Source: Hypanus sabinus
Lineage: Eukaryota
DNA length: 64,000 bases
Assembly (NCBI RefSeq): GCF_030144855.1
Contig: NC_082722.1
Coordinates: 19,344,001 to 19,408,000 of the forward strand
Direction of reading: 5' to 3'
The position numbers and the translations under genes are program-made. A model generated the notes under the pieces. That model was not told where the DNA came from, searched no databases, and saw only the letters and a list, made by a program, of their open reading frames with translations. Below, piece after piece: positions 62,600 through 64,000 of this stretch. Within the stretch, counting starts at the first letter, position 1. The number at the start of each line of letters is the position of its first letter.

Positions 62600-63990
62600 A
62601 AGGGAAAAACATATTATTTTTTAACAGATGCACATGAGAAAAATGGAGGCGTGGGGGTAAGAGGGTGCTCACGGTGTAAGAACATAGTCCGTTTGATGAA
62701 CATGCGGCACCTAATCAAGTCTATCTTTTGACATTGTCAGAAGATAGAGAAGAAATTGTAAGGCTTATTGCAAAAATATCAGCATCGTCTTAAACCAGTA
62801 TTGTGTTACCGCAGCACTGGAGAGTGGCAAATGTGCATTTATTTAGGAATATCTGAAAAGACAAAAGAAGAGTTGAACGTGGCGAGCTCAACATCAATGC
62901 GTGGAGACACATTGGACTGGATCGCAGAGAAATAATCTATCACAATTTGGAAAGATAAAGGATGAAATTGTGACCGTAGCATGGATTTGTCATTTGGAAT
63001 CTCATCTAAAAAAATTGATCGATTTGTTTTGAAGAGGTGATGAAGAGAGTTGTTGAGTGCAGCAACTGAAGTTGTCCTTCATTGACTTTTGCAAGGTTGC
63101 ATAGAGAGGTAGATAACATGGGAGCCAGGGTGAGCCAGCCAGCTGAGCACAAGAACACAAAATAGGCTTAGTAAAGGAAGTCAGACGGTGACAGTGGAAA
63201 TTTCACATCAAGAATGACCGCCTGCAGCTAGTGGTGTACTGAACAGGTGGGGTCCAGTTCTAGTATTGTTTACCATCTCCGAAATAGTCAGAGGAAAATT
63301 TTGTTAACTTCGGTAATATCTTTCGGAATGCATCGAAGTTGGTGTATGCTAGACTGAAAGATAACTGCGACAATAAACTGCGAAAGTAGGACAAGCAAGT
63401 GCAGATAGAATATAACTTGGCCATTTGTTGTTCTTTGGTTAGTTAAACCAGGGCAGGAACTGCACTGTCGATTGCCCAGGGAGTTGAAGTAAAACAAAGT
63501 GACTGAGGGGTACTTGAAGATTGATCTTTGTAAGCCACAGAAGAGGTGGACAGACTGGGGAAGAAGGTGTTTGTCACATTTATTTAACAGTTGCAGCAAT
63601 GAGTACAGCATCTGGCTCATCATGTTCACTGTACAAGTCGTTGGTGAAACAGACTCAGAGTGTTCTGAGCACTTCGAATCAGCCAGCTGAAGAAACGTCC
63701 CGACGAAGCTTGAAATACTGCAGGAGAGATTCGTAAAAACATTTGAGGGACAACATGTTTTTCGCTGCAAGGAGAGTCTGGGGTTACTCGTCCTTCGAGC
63801 ACAGGAGGTTCACTGGTAACGTAAGCAGAGGGTATAGTTACAGTCTTTTACCCAGAATAGCTCTATCAAAGATGAGAATGAATCGATACAGGATAAGACC
63901 GAAAACATTTAAATGGATCTGTGGCAAGTTTTAAAAAGCAAGGGGGCTTGGCAACTGAAATAAAGTATGGGATGAATCTGTAGAGGTGGG
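62600..63990 (+). mobile_element. Highly decayed CR1 fragments
   Basis: Residual RT-region nucleotide motifs (catggatttgtc...aaattgatcgatttgttttgaagaggtga, gagcacaggaggttc) with no intact ORF. Confidence 0.55.
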
Positions 63991-64000
63991 TACGATTGCA

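Noticed and set aside
1-64000. CRISPR arrays, rRNA or tRNA genes, RSS arrays
   Set aside because: None seen. The only tRNA-like sequence is the SINE head near 28.7 kb.

Overview
AT-rich, repeat-dense vertebrate DNA. The repeat families (CR1, Penelope-like, Rex1/Babar, L1, V-SINE, Gypsy) point to a cartilaginous fish, probably a ray (inference). About half of the window is decayed transposon sequence, and most ORFs in the supplied track are TE fragments or noise. Between the repeats is a minus-strand tandem family of three antigen-receptor-like but non-rearranging IgSF genes: leader, one germline-joined V+J exon, one C1-set exon, TM exon and short cytoplasmic exons. Copy 1 (2656-12026) splices into an uninterrupted reading frame with an Arg in its TM. 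Its last exon is unresolved. Copy 2 (~30950-37105) is badly decayed and spans an assembly gap. Copy 3 (53486-61335) keeps its exon structure but has five nonsense codons and an uncharged TM. Weaker traces of decayed TCR/Ig-like V sequences lie between the copies. All exon calls were made by hand from splice signals, phase and translation. No database search was run.
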